61,765 nucleotides of DNA from Gemmatimonadaceae bacterium (GCA_044224875.1 JBGAJQ010000027.1:1-61765); one strand, 5' to 3'; numbered from the stretch's first letter, positions 29,214 through 39,746 are shown. A program made the numbers and translations. Notes: generated by a model not told the origin, from the sequence alone.

Positions 29214-30958
29214 GACACCGTCGCCGCGACAGACGCCTGGGCGGCGAAGAGCCGGGCGAATTCGCCGCCGGCCGCCAACAAGGCGTCCGCGGAACCCGAC
29301 TCGACGACCACCCCATCGCGGAGAACCACGACGCGATCGGCGTACTTCGCCAGATCAAACCGATGGGTGATGACGATCGCCGTCCTGGGTCTTTCCGGCA
29401 GGTTGAACACGCGCAACAACTCGCGCTCGGTGGCCGGGTCGAGACCCCCCGTGGCCTCATCCAGCACGACCACGGCCGGTTGGGCCAACAATGCGCGGGC
29501 GATGGCGACGCGCTGGCGCTCGCCCGTGGAGAGGGCACGCCCACGCTCACCGGCTGCTGTGGCAAGGCCCTCGGGGAATCGCGACAGCGCGTCCGCCAGC
29601 CCGGCCGCGTGCGCCGCGGCCTCCACGTCGGCGTCGGTGGCCGCAGGACGCGCATATCGGATATTCTCGGCGACACTCGTGTGAAAGAGGAACGGGTCTT
29701 GCTCAACCACCACGATGTGGCGGCGCACCTCCGCCAGCCGCAACGATGGCAAGGGGCGTCCATCCAGGAGTACCTCGCCACCCTCCGGATCCAGTTGTCG
29801 GACCAGCAAGTCGGCGAGCGATGACTTTCCCACACCACTCGCCCCAACGATCGCTACCGTCTCACCTGGCGAGACGTGGAGCGAGACCCGAGCAAGCACC
29901 GTCACGCCACGGTCGTGGCGCAGGGTGACCCCGCGCAACTCCACTTCCCCACGGCATTCCGGGAGCGGCGCGGCGTTCGCGGCTTCCGTCACGTCCACCG
30001 GGGCATCCAGGATGTCATTGATGCGCCGCATGGACACGCGGACGTTGGCCAGACTGGTGTACAAACCCATCAGACTCTGCACGGGAGCGAACAAGCGCAT
30101 CTGATACGCCACGAAGGCTACCAGCGTCCCCATGGTGATGACGCCATGGATGACGCGCGTTCCGCCAATGAAAAGCACCAGCGCACTCCCTGCCGCCAGC
30201 ACCAACCCGGGGACACCGCCGGACAGGTAAGTCATGCGGCGCATGCGCATGAGTGCCTCCACAAAGGCGGCGTTGTGTGCGCGAAACCGGTCTACCTCGC
30301 GCTGCTGCGCATTGAACGCCACGGCCGGCTTCATCCCCTGTAGGGTTTCCACCAGGAAGTTCCCGATCGTGGCACTGCGATCGCGCAGGAGCGCCACCGC
30401 CCCTTCCAGGCGCGCCCGGAAGCGCACCAACGCCCACACGGCTACGGGGAGCAGAAGGAGCGAGACCCCAAACAGCACGGCGTCCAGGCGCAGGAGGATG
30501 ACCACACTTCCCAACAGGTACAGGATGCTGCCGATCGACGACAGCACGATCTCGGATGCGACCCGCTGCGCCTCGCCGATATCGCCATTCACCCGCGAGG
30601 CAATCTGACCGAGTGGCATGCGTGCGTAGAAGCGCGGCGACAGCTGTTGCAGGTGGCGGTAGACCGCCAGTCGCATGTCGAACAGAATGTGCGCTGATAC
30701 GCGGGTGTATCGCAGGCCGCTGGCGACGTTGAGGACGAACGTGGCGAGCGTGATGCCGGCAAAGGCGGCGAGTGTGCGAACGAGCGCCGAGGGGTCGCGT
30801 CCGATCAGGGCGCGATCGATCAGGGACTTCGAGAGGTACGGCGTCCAGAGAGACAGTGCGGTCCCGGCCAGCTGCAAGACCAGCACAGTCGCCAACGTGG
30901 GCCAGTACGGCAGCGCGTAGCGCAGCGCATGCCGCAGGTCTCCACGAGTCGAGCGCAC
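29210..30958 (-). CDS. qhpF: ABC exporter (TMD+NBD) QhpF
   Basis: Six-TM domain plus GASGVGKS, LSTGERQR, VVLDEA; located between qhpB and qhpE. Confidence 0.82.
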   Translation of the reverse strand: MRSTRGDLRHALRYALPYWPTLATVLVLQLAGTALSLWTPYLSKSLIDRALIGRDPSALVRTLAAFAGITLATFVLNVASGLRYTRVSAHILFDMRLAVYRHLQQLSPRFYARMPLGQIASRVNGDIGEAQRVASEIVLSSIGSILYLLGSVVILLRLDAVLFGVSLLLLPVAVWALVRFRARLEGAVALLRDRSATIGNFLVETLQGMKPAVAFNAQQREVDRFRAHNAAFVEALMRMRRMTYLSGGVPGLVLAAGSALVLFIGGTRVIHGVITMGTLVAFVAYQMRLFAPVQSLMGLYTSLANVRVSMRRINDILDAPVDVTEAANAAPLPECRGEVELRGVTLRHDRGVTVLARVSLHVSPGETVAIVGASGVGKSSLADLLVRQLDPEGGEVLLDGRPLPSLRLAEVRRHIVVVEQDPFLFHTSVAENIRYARPAATDADVEAAAHAAGLADALSRFPEGLATAAGERGRALSTGERQRVAIARALLAQPAVVVLDEATGGLDPATERELLRVFNLPERPRTAIVITHRFDLAKYADRVVVLRDGVVVESGSADALLAAGGEFARLFAAQASVAATVS

Positions 30959-30968
30959 CAGACGCCGG

Positions 30969-32078
30969 CTACTTTCCGGATGTACCGGCCGCCGGGCTCC
31001 GCGGGATCAGGACAAAGTCCGTCATGTCGGCGCCCAGGTCCACGGAGCGCGCGAGCTTGAAGCCCTCGGTGTCGTACAGGTCGATCGTTGGGCCGGCGGT
31101 GTGAATGTACAAGTACCGTCCATTGGAGCTGACGGCGAGGCCCATCCGCGGGCGCCCCTTGAATGGCGTCTTGCCGATCACCCGCCGGTTTTCCAGGTCA
31201 AATGCCCAGAACTCGTACGTCCCAACACTCGACCGCAGCCCAAACGCCTTCTTGCGTCCGGGAGCCAGCGCGAAACGCATCCCCTGCGACGGACCGAGGG
31301 TGTAGTAGTCCGTCTTGCGCTGGACGAGGTCGACACGCGCAACGCCCATCAGGGATCGGTGCTGCACGGGGTCGCTGACATAGAACAGTCCCGTGTAGAA
31401 TCCGGGTTCCTCAAATGGATCGTCGGGGAACCCGAAGTTGAAGCGCCCCATGCCGTCATCCAGCGTGCGCGCGAGTTCCCAACGTTCCACCTGCTTCAGT
31501 GTCGCGGTGTTGTAGACGAGCGCGTCGTTGCCGAAGAAGTACATCAGGCTTCCATCGGGGGAAAAGAGGATCTGTGCAAACTCCCGCTCTTCGCCCTTGG
31601 GCAAGGCGATCGTGTCGGTCACGACCTTCCGGCCCAGGTCGTACTTGAGCATGATCGGCGACTTGGAGATCTCCCACCGATCGTTCTTCTTCTGGTAGGT
31701 CTTCACCAGCATCACGGCGAAGCGTTCGTTGGGCTCGACGTTCAAGCCCCAGATCATCACCCGGCGATCTTCGTCGCTTAGCGTGAAGGTGTCGAGCGAC
31801 TTCTTCGACTCGATGTCGACGAGTTCGATCTTCTCGTTCCGCGGCTCGATGACGTAGAAATGCTTACGATTCGCGGACAGCAGCAGTCCCATGGGGATCC
31901 CGATGGAGACCGGGATACTGTCGACCACCTTCATGGAGGCTTCGCTGACCTTGTAGATCTTGTTCGCGTACGTCCCCACGTAGATCGTGCCGTCGCCCGC
32001 CGCGGTCGCTTGAGGGGCGGCCGCTGGCGGCGCGAGAATGGAGGCCGCCACCGTCAGACACAACGCGACACGTCTCAT
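30969..32078 (-). CDS. qhpB: Quinohemoprotein amine dehydrogenase beta subunit (beta-propeller)
   Basis: Signal peptide MRRVALCL, YVTN-like propeller repeats; ATG overlaps the qhpC stop. Confidence 0.8.
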   Translation of the reverse strand: MRRVALCLTVAASILAPPAAAPQATAAGDGTIYVGTYANKIYKVSEASMKVVDSIPVSIGIPMGLLLSANRKHFYVIEPRNEKIELVDIESKKSLDTFTLSDEDRRVMIWGLNVEPNERFAVMLVKTYQKKNDRWEISKSPIMLKYDLGRKVVTDTIALPKGEEREFAQILFSPDGSLMYFFGNDALVYNTATLKQVERWELARTLDDGMGRFNFGFPDDPFEEPGFYTGLFYVSDPVQHRSLMGVARVDLVQRKTDYYTLGPSQGMRFALAPGRKKAFGLRSSVGTYEFWAFDLENRRVIGKTPFKGRPRMGLAVSSNGRYLYIHTAGPTIDLYDTEGFKLARSVDLGADMTDFVLIPRSPAAGTSGK

Positions 32079-32410
32079 GGGAAAACGAGGTCGATCTTGC
32101 GCCAGTCCTTCTGGGCGGACGCGCACTTGGCGCTCCAATCCGGCGCATGGTTATACAGGTCCGGCACGTGAGCCGGCCAGAAGCAGGTGATGTAGCAATC
32201 GTACAGGTCGCGCTCGACCGGCTGGCACAGACCGGCCGTGCCACCGCTACTGTCGGTCTCCCACCCGGGAGAGAAGACAAAGGAGCAGCCGAGGGGGATG
32301 TGTGGGCCCTCTCCACCGCCCTGCCCCTGCTGTAACGCCACGACATCGGGCGCTTGCTGCAGCGCCTCGATCCGCCGGGCCTTCTTGTTCACCGCATTGA
32401 CGTGCTTCAT
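32075..32410 (-). CDS. qhpC: QHNDH gamma subunit precursor (CTQ-bearing, thioether-crosslinked peptide)
   Basis: Leader MKHVNAVNKKA; core GC...PGWE...LCQPVERDLYDC...CFWPAHVPD...DWRK; RBS GAGGAG. Confidence 0.95.
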   Translation of the reverse strand: MKHVNAVNKKARRIEALQQAPDVVALQQGQGGGEGPHIPLGCSFVFSPGWETDSSGGTAGLCQPVERDLYDCYITCFWPAHVPDLYNHAPDWSAKCASAQKDWRKIDLVFP

Positions 32411-32425
32411 GCGTACTCCTCGCCG

Positions 32426-33865
32426 TTAGGCTTCGAACTGCGCGAGAAACTCCGGCTTCTGGTCGGCCAGCGCGCCGTAGACGCGCAAGCATGTTTCGGT
32501 CCAGCGACGGATCCACTCACAGTAGTGCAAGTTGGGACGTTGGGTGGATCCATACCGCGTGTGCGCTTCGTGGTAACAACCGCCGGCACAGAGGGGGCGG
32601 GCCCAACACGTGGAGCAGTCGGTCTTCGAGTCGACGTGATGGGACTCGAGAAACGCCGCCTGACGCGAAGCGTCGATGCCGGACCGCACATTGCCCAGGG
32701 TGTGCGCCGCCGATCCGGCAAAGCGGTGACAGAGCGCAACGTCGCCGTCCGTCGCCACGCCAAGCAGTCCCATGCCCGCACCGCAGGGATGCGACTTGCT
32801 CATCCCCTTGTGGATCTCCTCGAGCGTATCGCGCACGTTGGAAAATCCATGGTGCCGGTTGGCCAGCGTGTGGTCCAGGTAGTCCTGTGCCAGCTGTTGG
32901 AACTGGGAAAGCATCATCTCAAACCCCTCGTCCTGGATCGCGTAGTCTCGCTGCCAGGACGTCGTGACAGGGGCAAAGCCCACCTCCCAAAATCCCAACT
33001 CGTCACGCAGGTGACGATAGATACCCAGCACGTCGAGGTTCTGCTTGGTCAGGGTGACACGGGCGCCCACAGGCCGGCGGCGATGACGCTTCAACAGGTC
33101 CTGGATGTTGGGCAGGATGGTGTCGTACGACCCCATGCCATTGCTGAAGACGCGAAAGGTGTTCTGCTGGTCGCGCCCGCCATCCATGGACACCGTGACG
33201 CCGACGTCCTGCTCGATCATCCAGTCCACGATCTCCGGCCGCAACAGCGTGGCATTGGTGGTGAGGCTCGCATCCACCTCCTTGCCTAACGACTCGGCGC
33301 GAGATCGGGCATATTGGAGGGCACCCTTCAGCACCTTGAAGTTGAGCAGGGTCTCACCGCCAAAGAAGGTCAGGTGCACCTTTCGGTGGTCGCCCGCCTG
33401 CTCAAACATGAAGTCCACGCTCTGCCGCGCGGTGGCCTCGTCCATGAACCGCGGCTTGCTGGCACTCTCGGCCACCCGGTCCTCGCCATACTCGTAGCAA
33501 TAGGTGCACGCCAGGTTGCACTTACTGGTGACGTTCAGCACGAGCGTGGTGAGGGGGATTCGCTTGCGGGCGTTCGGGTTGACGGTCGGTGCCGGCGGCG
33601 CCGCCACGGGCTCTTCCGCCAGACGCAACGCGCGGATCGCCAGCAGTTCGTCCACGGTGGCCCGGACGTCCTCGGGAGCAAAGCGCGCGGCCAGGGCCGA
33701 CTGCATCGCCGGCACGTCCACCGGGTGCCCATTGAGCGAGGACAGCACGGCCTGCGCCGTGTCGTCCAACCGGAAGACACCGGCCGACGGCACGAGGTAC
33801 AGGAACTGGCCACCGCCGCCCTGTGCCTCGAAGGCATGATATTCGCCCCGTTCGACGCGACTCAC
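32426..33865 (-). CDS. qhpD: Radical SAM/SPASM thioether-forming maturase QhpD
   Basis: CNLACTYC, FFGGE, SPASM cysteines CGAG..C..CSTC..C..GGC..C, N-terminal RRE-like region; GTG start overlaps the qhpA stop. Confidence 0.93.
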   Translation of the reverse strand: MSRVERGEYHAFEAQGGGGQFLYLVPSAGVFRLDDTAQAVLSSLNGHPVDVPAMQSALAARFAPEDVRATVDELLAIRALRLAEEPVAAPPAPTVNPNARKRIPLTTLVLNVTSKCNLACTYCYEYGEDRVAESASKPRFMDEATARQSVDFMFEQAGDHRKVHLTFFGGETLLNFKVLKGALQYARSRAESLGKEVDASLTTNATLLRPEIVDWMIEQDVGVTVSMDGGRDQQNTFRVFSNGMGSYDTILPNIQDLLKRHRRRPVGARVTLTKQNLDVLGIYRHLRDELGFWEVGFAPVTTSWQRDYAIQDEGFEMMLSQFQQLAQDYLDHTLANRHHGFSNVRDTLEEIHKGMSKSHPCGAGMGLLGVATDGDVALCHRFAGSAAHTLGNVRSGIDASRQAAFLESHHVDSKTDCSTCWARPLCAGGCYHEAHTRYGSTQRPNLHYCEWIRRWTETCLRVYGALADQKPEFLAQFEA

Positions 33866-35589
33866 CGACGGACTCCCTCGCCGCCGGGCACCGTCTTGCC
33901 GGTTGTTGCAGCAGACGGCCCAGTCCGGTCCCATCGCATGTACAGGGGCACCGTGACCAGCAGGTGCGCGCGACCGCGCAACGGACGCGTGGTGGCGTCG
34001 GCGGGCGAGTAGGTGGCCACCACCCACACATCGCCCACGTTGTTGCGCCGGCCACTCCGGGCGGGATTGGGGCCCTCTACGTTCGGCGTGAAGAGCCCGC
34101 TCGCGTCGATCGCGCCGACGAACTTCACGTCGTCGTCGTCGTACGTGACGCCATACTCCTCCAGCGACCACGTGACCGGTACCGGTCCCAGCATCAGGTC
34201 GTCGGACGTGTCCGGCTTGCCGTCGTCCCCGTCGTTCACGGCCACCACCTCGAACTGTTGCAGCTGCTTGGGAAAGGTGACCCCGCCCACCCGCGACATG
34301 CCGGCCTGCGGGAGCACCTTCACGCGCGAAATCTTGTCATATACGGCCACGGCGTTGCGCAGCGAAACACCGGCGACCAGCAGGTCGCGCGTGCCATTCG
34401 TCGCCTGGGCATCCACACGCACGTGCGCCGTGAGGGCGTCGCCCGAGCGACGCGACACGGTGGTCACATGCACCCCCGGGCCGAAATCAACCGTGGCCGG
34501 CGATTCGGACTCCGGCAGGTTCACCCCGAAGATCGTCACGTCGGTTTCCGTTCCGCTGCGCAGTCCGCGTGGCCAGACACCGGCCACCAATGCCGCGCCA
34601 CCGATCCGACGCAGCGTCACGTCCATCCCCATCTCATCGTATCCGCCGCCGAACCAGCGGCCATTCATCTCTTGCCAGCCAGGTTCAACGAGCATGACTT
34701 CCCGCTGTTGCGCGTCATCCCCCTTACCCTGCTCGGCGGATCGGCCGCGCCACTGGAAACCCGTGTACACGATCGATCGACCGCTCCGGCTCACGCTGCT
34801 CCCACCGCGCGCGTACTGGTAGGTGGCCTGGGTCGTGAACTCCCCTTCGCTCCCAGCAACGGGTGTGATCGTCACGTGTCCGAAGAAAGGACCCTTCCCG
34901 GGTTCAACCCCCGAAAGAAGCCAGTCGCCATCGAGACGTGCTGGGCGCATGGTCGCGGACCACGCCGTCCACTCGGGGGTCTTGAGCGGGAACGCCGACG
35001 CCAAGTGCGAAATCGCGTGGTCCATGGGATGGGACGCATCGCCGCTGTCCAGGGGCGGCCCCATGCGACGGAACGCCTGGAAATCCACGTCGGGGTAGAG
35101 TCCGCGATGAGTCGCCAAAAGCAGCTCCCACTCCTCTTTGGTTCGCCGCTGGGTGATGACGCGACCTAACGAATGGCACGCCTTGCAGGTCGTCTCGGTC
35201 TTGACGTCGGCTGCATAACGGTAGTCAATCATCCGGCGCTCGCTCTCGAAGCGGCCAGGCCGCGCTTCGTCGGGCGCGAGACCCTGATGGTCCGCCAGGT
35301 AACGCAACACACTCCGCGCCGCCGCCGGATCCAGCGTCGCTCCGTTCACGGATACCATGCGGCGGATGGACATCTCCCATCCCTCGGGCGTCTTGCGCTC
35401 GTACGAAATACGCGAGATGCGGCCGGTCGAGTCCTGGGAGTGACACTTGGTGCAATTGTCCACGACCGTCCGATCGCGAATCGGAAATCCGGACGTTGTG
35501 TCCTTCTGCTGGGCGCCGGCTCCATGGCCGGCAATCAACGACGCCACCATCGTGGCCGAAGCCACCCAATGCATGCTCAACCGGGACAT
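33862..35589 (-). CDS. qhpA: QHNDH alpha subunit (di-heme c)
   Basis: Signal peptide, CTKCH and CKACH, RISYERKTPEGW, YTGFQWRG, GPNPAR...NNVGD, HLLVTVP. Confidence 0.93.
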   Translation of the reverse strand: MSRLSMHWVASATMVASLIAGHGAGAQQKDTTSGFPIRDRTVVDNCTKCHSQDSTGRISRISYERKTPEGWEMSIRRMVSVNGATLDPAAARSVLRYLADHQGLAPDEARPGRFESERRMIDYRYAADVKTETTCKACHSLGRVITQRRTKEEWELLLATHRGLYPDVDFQAFRRMGPPLDSGDASHPMDHAISHLASAFPLKTPEWTAWSATMRPARLDGDWLLSGVEPGKGPFFGHVTITPVAGSEGEFTTQATYQYARGGSSVSRSGRSIVYTGFQWRGRSAEQGKGDDAQQREVMLVEPGWQEMNGRWFGGGYDEMGMDVTLRRIGGAALVAGVWPRGLRSGTETDVTIFGVNLPESESPATVDFGPGVHVTTVSRRSGDALTAHVRVDAQATNGTRDLLVAGVSLRNAVAVYDKISRVKVLPQAGMSRVGGVTFPKQLQQFEVVAVNDGDDGKPDTSDDLMLGPVPVTWSLEEYGVTYDDDDVKFVGAIDASGLFTPNVEGPNPARSGRRNNVGDVWVVATYSPADATTRPLRGRAHLLVTVPLYMRWDRTGPSAATTGKTVPGGEGVRR

Positions 35590-35680
35590 CCCCGCGACCT
35601 CGTGCGTGTTAGGCAGTCTGCGTGCACGGCAAGTGCGCACGTACCGTCGTCAGCAATTGACGGAGCCGCGCCTATCGCTG

Positions 35681-37189
35681 TCAAGCATGGCGCAACACAT
35701 CCTTCGCGATCAACACCGCTAGCGCCCCCAGCAGGTCGGCAAGCGGCGTGGGTCCGTGTTCCTTATTGTACCCATCGAGAATGTCAGGCACCTGAGCATG
35801 CCGCTCCGCCACTCGCGCCAGTGCCAGCACGTCCACATTGCGCAGGAAGCGAATCCCCGGCCCTTGCGCGGCAGAGACGACGTGATCGGCCAGTTCCACC
35901 GTGTGATCGCGAATGACCGGTAGAGGAACGATTCTGACCTCCGGGGCCAGGCGCAGTCGCACAAAGTCACGGTTCTTGAGATCCTCGAACGCGCTCACGA
36001 CCGCGGGGTCGCCGCGATACGACGTGACATCGAGGACGCTGCCCGGCGACCACCACTCCCCCGACGCGCGTTGGCCCCAGAAGCCGGCCTCTCGAATCTC
36101 GCCACTCCGACGTGCGTCGGCGTGCGCACTCGTCGCGAACTCCCTCACGCCGCGACGCAGGTTCTCTTCGGCGTCATGTTCCCACTGGTTGAAGAGGTCA
36201 ATCGCCGCCTCAGTCAGGGCGGGCGAGCGGAACGACGTGTTCACCACGACCGCGCCGAACCATCCAGACGCGACCGCCTTCTTGATGCCGAAGGACGCGA
36301 GCGGGTCAACGAAAGACGCCGCGTCGCCGACCAGTATCACGCCTTGCCGCGCGCCCCGCGTGCAGCCGTACGCGGAAGCGTCGACAGCCACGATCTCATC
36401 ACACAGCGCCGCGCCGGCAACCAGCTCGCGGTGCCACATGCTCGCACCGATCGTTTCGTCGTACCGGTCCTTCATGCCTTCCGCCCCACCGATCGCCGAC
36501 GATTTCGGGTCCAACATCACCGTGACATGGCGCCGCACTGGCGTTACGGGGATCGACCAAATCCAGCCATTGGCGAGACTCTCGACGGTGGTATGCGTCC
36601 AGTCCGCCAGTGGCCATGCGACGTGGTCCCAGACACCCGCTAGCGCCGTGGTGCGCAGGGTGTCGTGACTAACTCGCGCGCCATGGCGAGCGACGACGCC
36701 TGTGCGTCCCGAGGCGTCGATCACCCATCGGGCCGTGACCTCTTGCATGGAGCCGCCGGACTCGTAGCGGACGACGCCACTCATTGGAACGGACGATTCG
36801 CGTACCTCGCGCACGGACGCCTGTGCATCCACATGCACACCGGCTTCGCGCGCCGCATGCAGGAGCACGGCATCGAATCGCGCACGTTCAACCTGCAACC
36901 CGAAGGTTCCCGGCGGGAACGACTCCGCACGTTGCTCGTTGCTTCCCCATCGCACGGTATTCCCGGTGGCCCTCACGAACCCGGCAGCGATCACCTGGTG
37001 CAGCACCCCGACACGCTCCAGCAGGTGCAACGCACTGGGCGGCAGCGATTCCGCCAGCGATGGGCGCGCCGAGGGGCGCGTGCACAGGGCCACGCGATAT
37101 CCCCAGGTGGCGAGCAAGCGGGCCGCGGTGGCCCCGGCGGGCCCGCCACCGATTACGACGACATCGAACTCGGAGGTGTTGCCGGCCAT
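35681..37189 (-). CDS. qhpG: FAD-dependent monooxygenase QhpG (Trp hydroxylation for CTQ)
   Basis: GGGPAG, IDASG, VGDAASFVDPL, C-terminal winged-helix-like extension; immediately upstream of qhpA. Confidence 0.8.
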   Translation of the reverse strand: MAGNTSEFDVVVIGGGPAGATAARLLATWGYRVALCTRPSARPSLAESLPPSALHLLERVGVLHQVIAAGFVRATGNTVRWGSNEQRAESFPPGTFGLQVERARFDAVLLHAAREAGVHVDAQASVREVRESSVPMSGVVRYESGGSMQEVTARWVIDASGRTGVVARHGARVSHDTLRTTALAGVWDHVAWPLADWTHTTVESLANGWIWSIPVTPVRRHVTVMLDPKSSAIGGAEGMKDRYDETIGASMWHRELVAGAALCDEIVAVDASAYGCTRGARQGVILVGDAASFVDPLASFGIKKAVASGWFGAVVVNTSFRSPALTEAAIDLFNQWEHDAEENLRRGVREFATSAHADARRSGEIREAGFWGQRASGEWWSPGSVLDVTSYRGDPAVVSAFEDLKNRDFVRLRLAPEVRIVPLPVIRDHTVELADHVVSAAQGPGIRFLRNVDVLALARVAERHAQVPDILDGYNKEHGPTPLADLLGALAVLIAKDVLRHA

Positions 37190-38706
37190 GTGATTCCGTC
37201 GTCCAGTCCCGCCATCAGTCGCAACAACGCATCCTGCGTTGCCTGCGCTCGGGACAGCTCGCCCACCAGCCGTCCCTCGCGAAGAACCAGGATGCGCGTC
37301 GACAGGTTCAACAACTCGGGAAGCTCACTCGAGATGAGCAGGATGGCCACGCCGTCCTGGGCCAACCGGTCGATCCACGCATGAAGGTCGGCCTTGGCCC
37401 CCACGTCCACACCGCGGGTGGGCTCGTCCAGCATGAGGATTCGGCACTGCGCGGCCAGCCACTTGGCCAGCACGATCTTCTGCTGGTTCCCGCCCGAGAG
37501 CTGCATCACGGGCGCCTCAGCGGCCGTCGCGCGAACGCGAAGTTTCCCAGCGTAGTCCGCGGCCAACACTCGCTCCTTCGCCCGCTGCACGATACCAAGG
37601 CGCGCGACACGTTCCAGGATCGGCAGCGTGGTGTTCTCCCGCGCCTTCATGGACAGGACCACACCCTGCTTCTTTCGATCTTCCGGCACCAACCCGATTC
37701 CCAGCCGCATCGCCTGTCGCGGACTGCGAATCGTGACCTCCTCACCTCCCACCCTCACGCGCCCCCGCGCCTCGCCGTCCAGGCCAAAGATGGCCTGCGC
37801 CACCTCGGAGCGCCCGGCGCCGACCAGCCCCGCCAATCCTACCACCTCGCCAGCTCGAACCGCGAACGTCACGTCCTGAAAACGACCGGGTGATGTCAGC
37901 CCGACCACCTCCAGAGCGTTCGCCGCCGTCGACGGTGGCGCTGAGTCCGCGTGCGAGGCGAAGTACTGGTCCACTCGCCGCCCGATCATGAGCTGCACAA
38001 GCGACGGCTCATCCAACGCGCTGGCGGCCCGCGTGTCGATGTGACGGCCGTCGCGCAGGACCGTCACGGCATCGCACAGGCGAAAGATTTCCGGCATGCG
38101 ATGCGACACGTAGAGCTGTGTCACCCCGCGAGCCTTCAGCCGTCCGATCAGGGCATACAAGCGCTCGGCCTCACCCTCCCCAAGACTGCTCGTCGGCTCA
38201 TCGAAGATGATGTAGCGGGCGCCACTACCGACGGCCGCGGCGATCTGCACCATCTGTTGTTCCGCGATGCTCAGCTCGCGCATCGGCCGCATGACATCCA
38301 GCGATTCCCCGTCCCCTCCAATATCCTGCATCATCGCGCGGGCTCGCTGCGCTATGTCCTTCCAACGCACCAGCCCGCGACGCGATGGCATGGAGCCGAG
38401 ACACAAGTTCTCGGCGACAGTCAGGTTTTCGCAGAACGCCAACTCCTGATGCACCATCGCCACGCCAGATAGCATGGCGTCCCGTGGCGCCGTGAATCGC
38501 GCGGAATGCCCGTCCAACAGGATGGTCCCTGAGTCAGGCGTCACGATTCCCGCCAGCACCTTGCCGAGCGTGCTCTTGCCGGCGCCATTCTCGCCGCACA
38601 CCGCGTGCACGGTGCCAGCAGCAACGGTGAAGGTCACGTCGTCGAGCGCGACGACGCCAGGGTACTGGACGGTGATCCCGACGAACTGGAGCGCCGCGCC
38701 GGCCAC
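37153..38706 (-). CDS. Sugar ABC transporter ATP-binding protein (RbsA/AraG type)
   Basis: GENGAGKST, DEPTSSL, SHRM, LSGGNQQK, DEPTRGVDVGAK; 3' end overlaps qhpG by 37 bp. Confidence 0.92.
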   Translation of the reverse strand: MAGAALQFVGITVQYPGVVALDDVTFTVAAGTVHAVCGENGAGKSTLGKVLAGIVTPDSGTILLDGHSARFTAPRDAMLSGVAMVHQELAFCENLTVAENLCLGSMPSRRGLVRWKDIAQRARAMMQDIGGDGESLDVMRPMRELSIAEQQMVQIAAAVGSGARYIIFDEPTSSLGEGEAERLYALIGRLKARGVTQLYVSHRMPEIFRLCDAVTVLRDGRHIDTRAASALDEPSLVQLMIGRRVDQYFASHADSAPPSTAANALEVVGLTSPGRFQDVTFAVRAGEVVGLAGLVGAGRSEVAQAIFGLDGEARGRVRVGGEEVTIRSPRQAMRLGIGLVPEDRKKQGVVLSMKARENTTLPILERVARLGIVQRAKERVLAADYAGKLRVRATAAEAPVMQLSGGNQQKIVLAKWLAAQCRILMLDEPTRGVDVGAKADLHAWIDRLAQDGVAILLISSELPELLNLSTRILVLREGRLVGELSRAQATQDALLRLMAGLDDGITWPATPPSSMSS

Positions 38707-38711
38707 GAACG

Positions 38712-39746
38712 TTACTTGGCGAGGTCCAGGTACTTCTGGTCGACGTCCGTGAAGCCCCAAGTTTTGAGCTGGCGGGCCCAGGTCCCCAGGTTGTCGCGGC
38801 TCACGCGAACCAAGTCCATCTTCACAAACGGCGGCACCTCTTTCTTCAGCACCACGTGATCGACGATCGTCCGCACGCCAATGTCGCCCCACAGGTAACA
38901 CGGTTGCGCCAGCAACACGGGCGCGAGGTCATTGTCGACGTAAGGCAGCTCGGCCGGTAGGCCGTCCACGGACACAATCTTGACCTTCTTCGGATCCAGG
39001 TCGGTCAGCAACGCCTTGGTGAAGAGCGCCCACCCGCCGATCATCGCCCAGCCCTGAATTTCCGGATAGGCGTTCTGGGCGCGCAGCACCTCGGCCGCTG
39101 CGTCCTGCGGCGTCTCCACATGGTAGAAGGTGTTGAGGATGGTGATGCCGGGATACTTTTTGGCCTCGTCCTTCACCCCTTGCACGCGCTTCTGAAGATT
39201 TGGCGCGTTCTGGTTCCCGGCGAGGATGGCGATCTTTCCCTTGCCCTTCATCTGCGTCGCCAATTCGGACATCACCTGCTGGCCCATGGCGATGTCGTCA
39301 CCACCATAGAACGAGAAGCGCTTGGAGTCCGGGGCGTCACTGTCGAACATCATCACCGGCACTCCGCGTTCGACCGCCGTGTTGATGGCGCCCGTGACCT
39401 TTCCCGCGTCACTGGTGGACAGGAGAATGGCATTCGCGCCGTCGTTCACTGCCTGGGCAATCCGTTGCGCCTGGACGGCTCCATCTTCCTGTGGCGGCGT
39501 GAGCCAGTCGATCACGATGCTGGTCCCCGTCGTCTTTGACAGTTCGGCGGCCGCGTTCTCGGCGCCGGTACGCGCCGACAGGAACACCGGGTTGGTTGAA
39601 CTCTTGGCGATCATGGCGATGCGAAACGTTGCGCCACCGGCCGCCGCCTGGCCCGCGCCGGTTTTCGCCGTCTTCTCGCCACCGCAGGCGATCACCGCGA
39701 GGGTGAAGGAGAGCGCCGTCAGGGCGCCGGACGCAGGTCGTGTCAT
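38712..39746 (-). CDS. Sugar ABC transporter substrate-binding lipoprotein
   Basis: Lipobox VIAC; periplasmic binding protein type I motifs NPVF, FDSD, RVQG, SVDG, AQP. Confidence 0.9.
   Translation of the reverse strand: MTRPASGALTALSFTLAVIACGGEKTAKTGAGQAAAGGATFRIAMIAKSSTNPVFLSARTGAENAAAELSKTTGTSIVIDWLTPPQEDGAVQAQRIAQAVNDGANAILLSTSDAGKVTGAINTAVERGVPVMMFDSDAPDSKRFSFYGGDDIAMGQQVMSELATQMKGKGKIAILAGNQNAPNLQKRVQGVKDEAKKYPGITILNTFYHVETPQDAAAEVLRAQNAYPEIQGWAMIGGWALFTKALLTDLDPKKVKIVSVDGLPAELPYVDNDLAPVLLAQPCYLWGDIGVRTIVDHVVLKKEVPPFVKMDLVRVSRDNLGTWARQLKTWGFTDVDQKYLDLAK

Noticed and set aside
28509..33865. Novel ranthipeptide/sactipeptide antibiotic cluster (rSAM-SPASM, Cys-rich peptide, ABC exporter, S8 protease)
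   Set aside because: The peptide is recognisably QhpC and is flanked by alpha and beta subunits, so this is enzyme-cofactor maturation
35681..37189. Flavin-dependent halogenase (GxGxxG plus WIWSIP) implying a halogenated RiPP
   Set aside because: The region that normally carries the catalytic Lys reads GFVRATG with no Lys, and the position beside qhpA fits the QhpG monooxygenase
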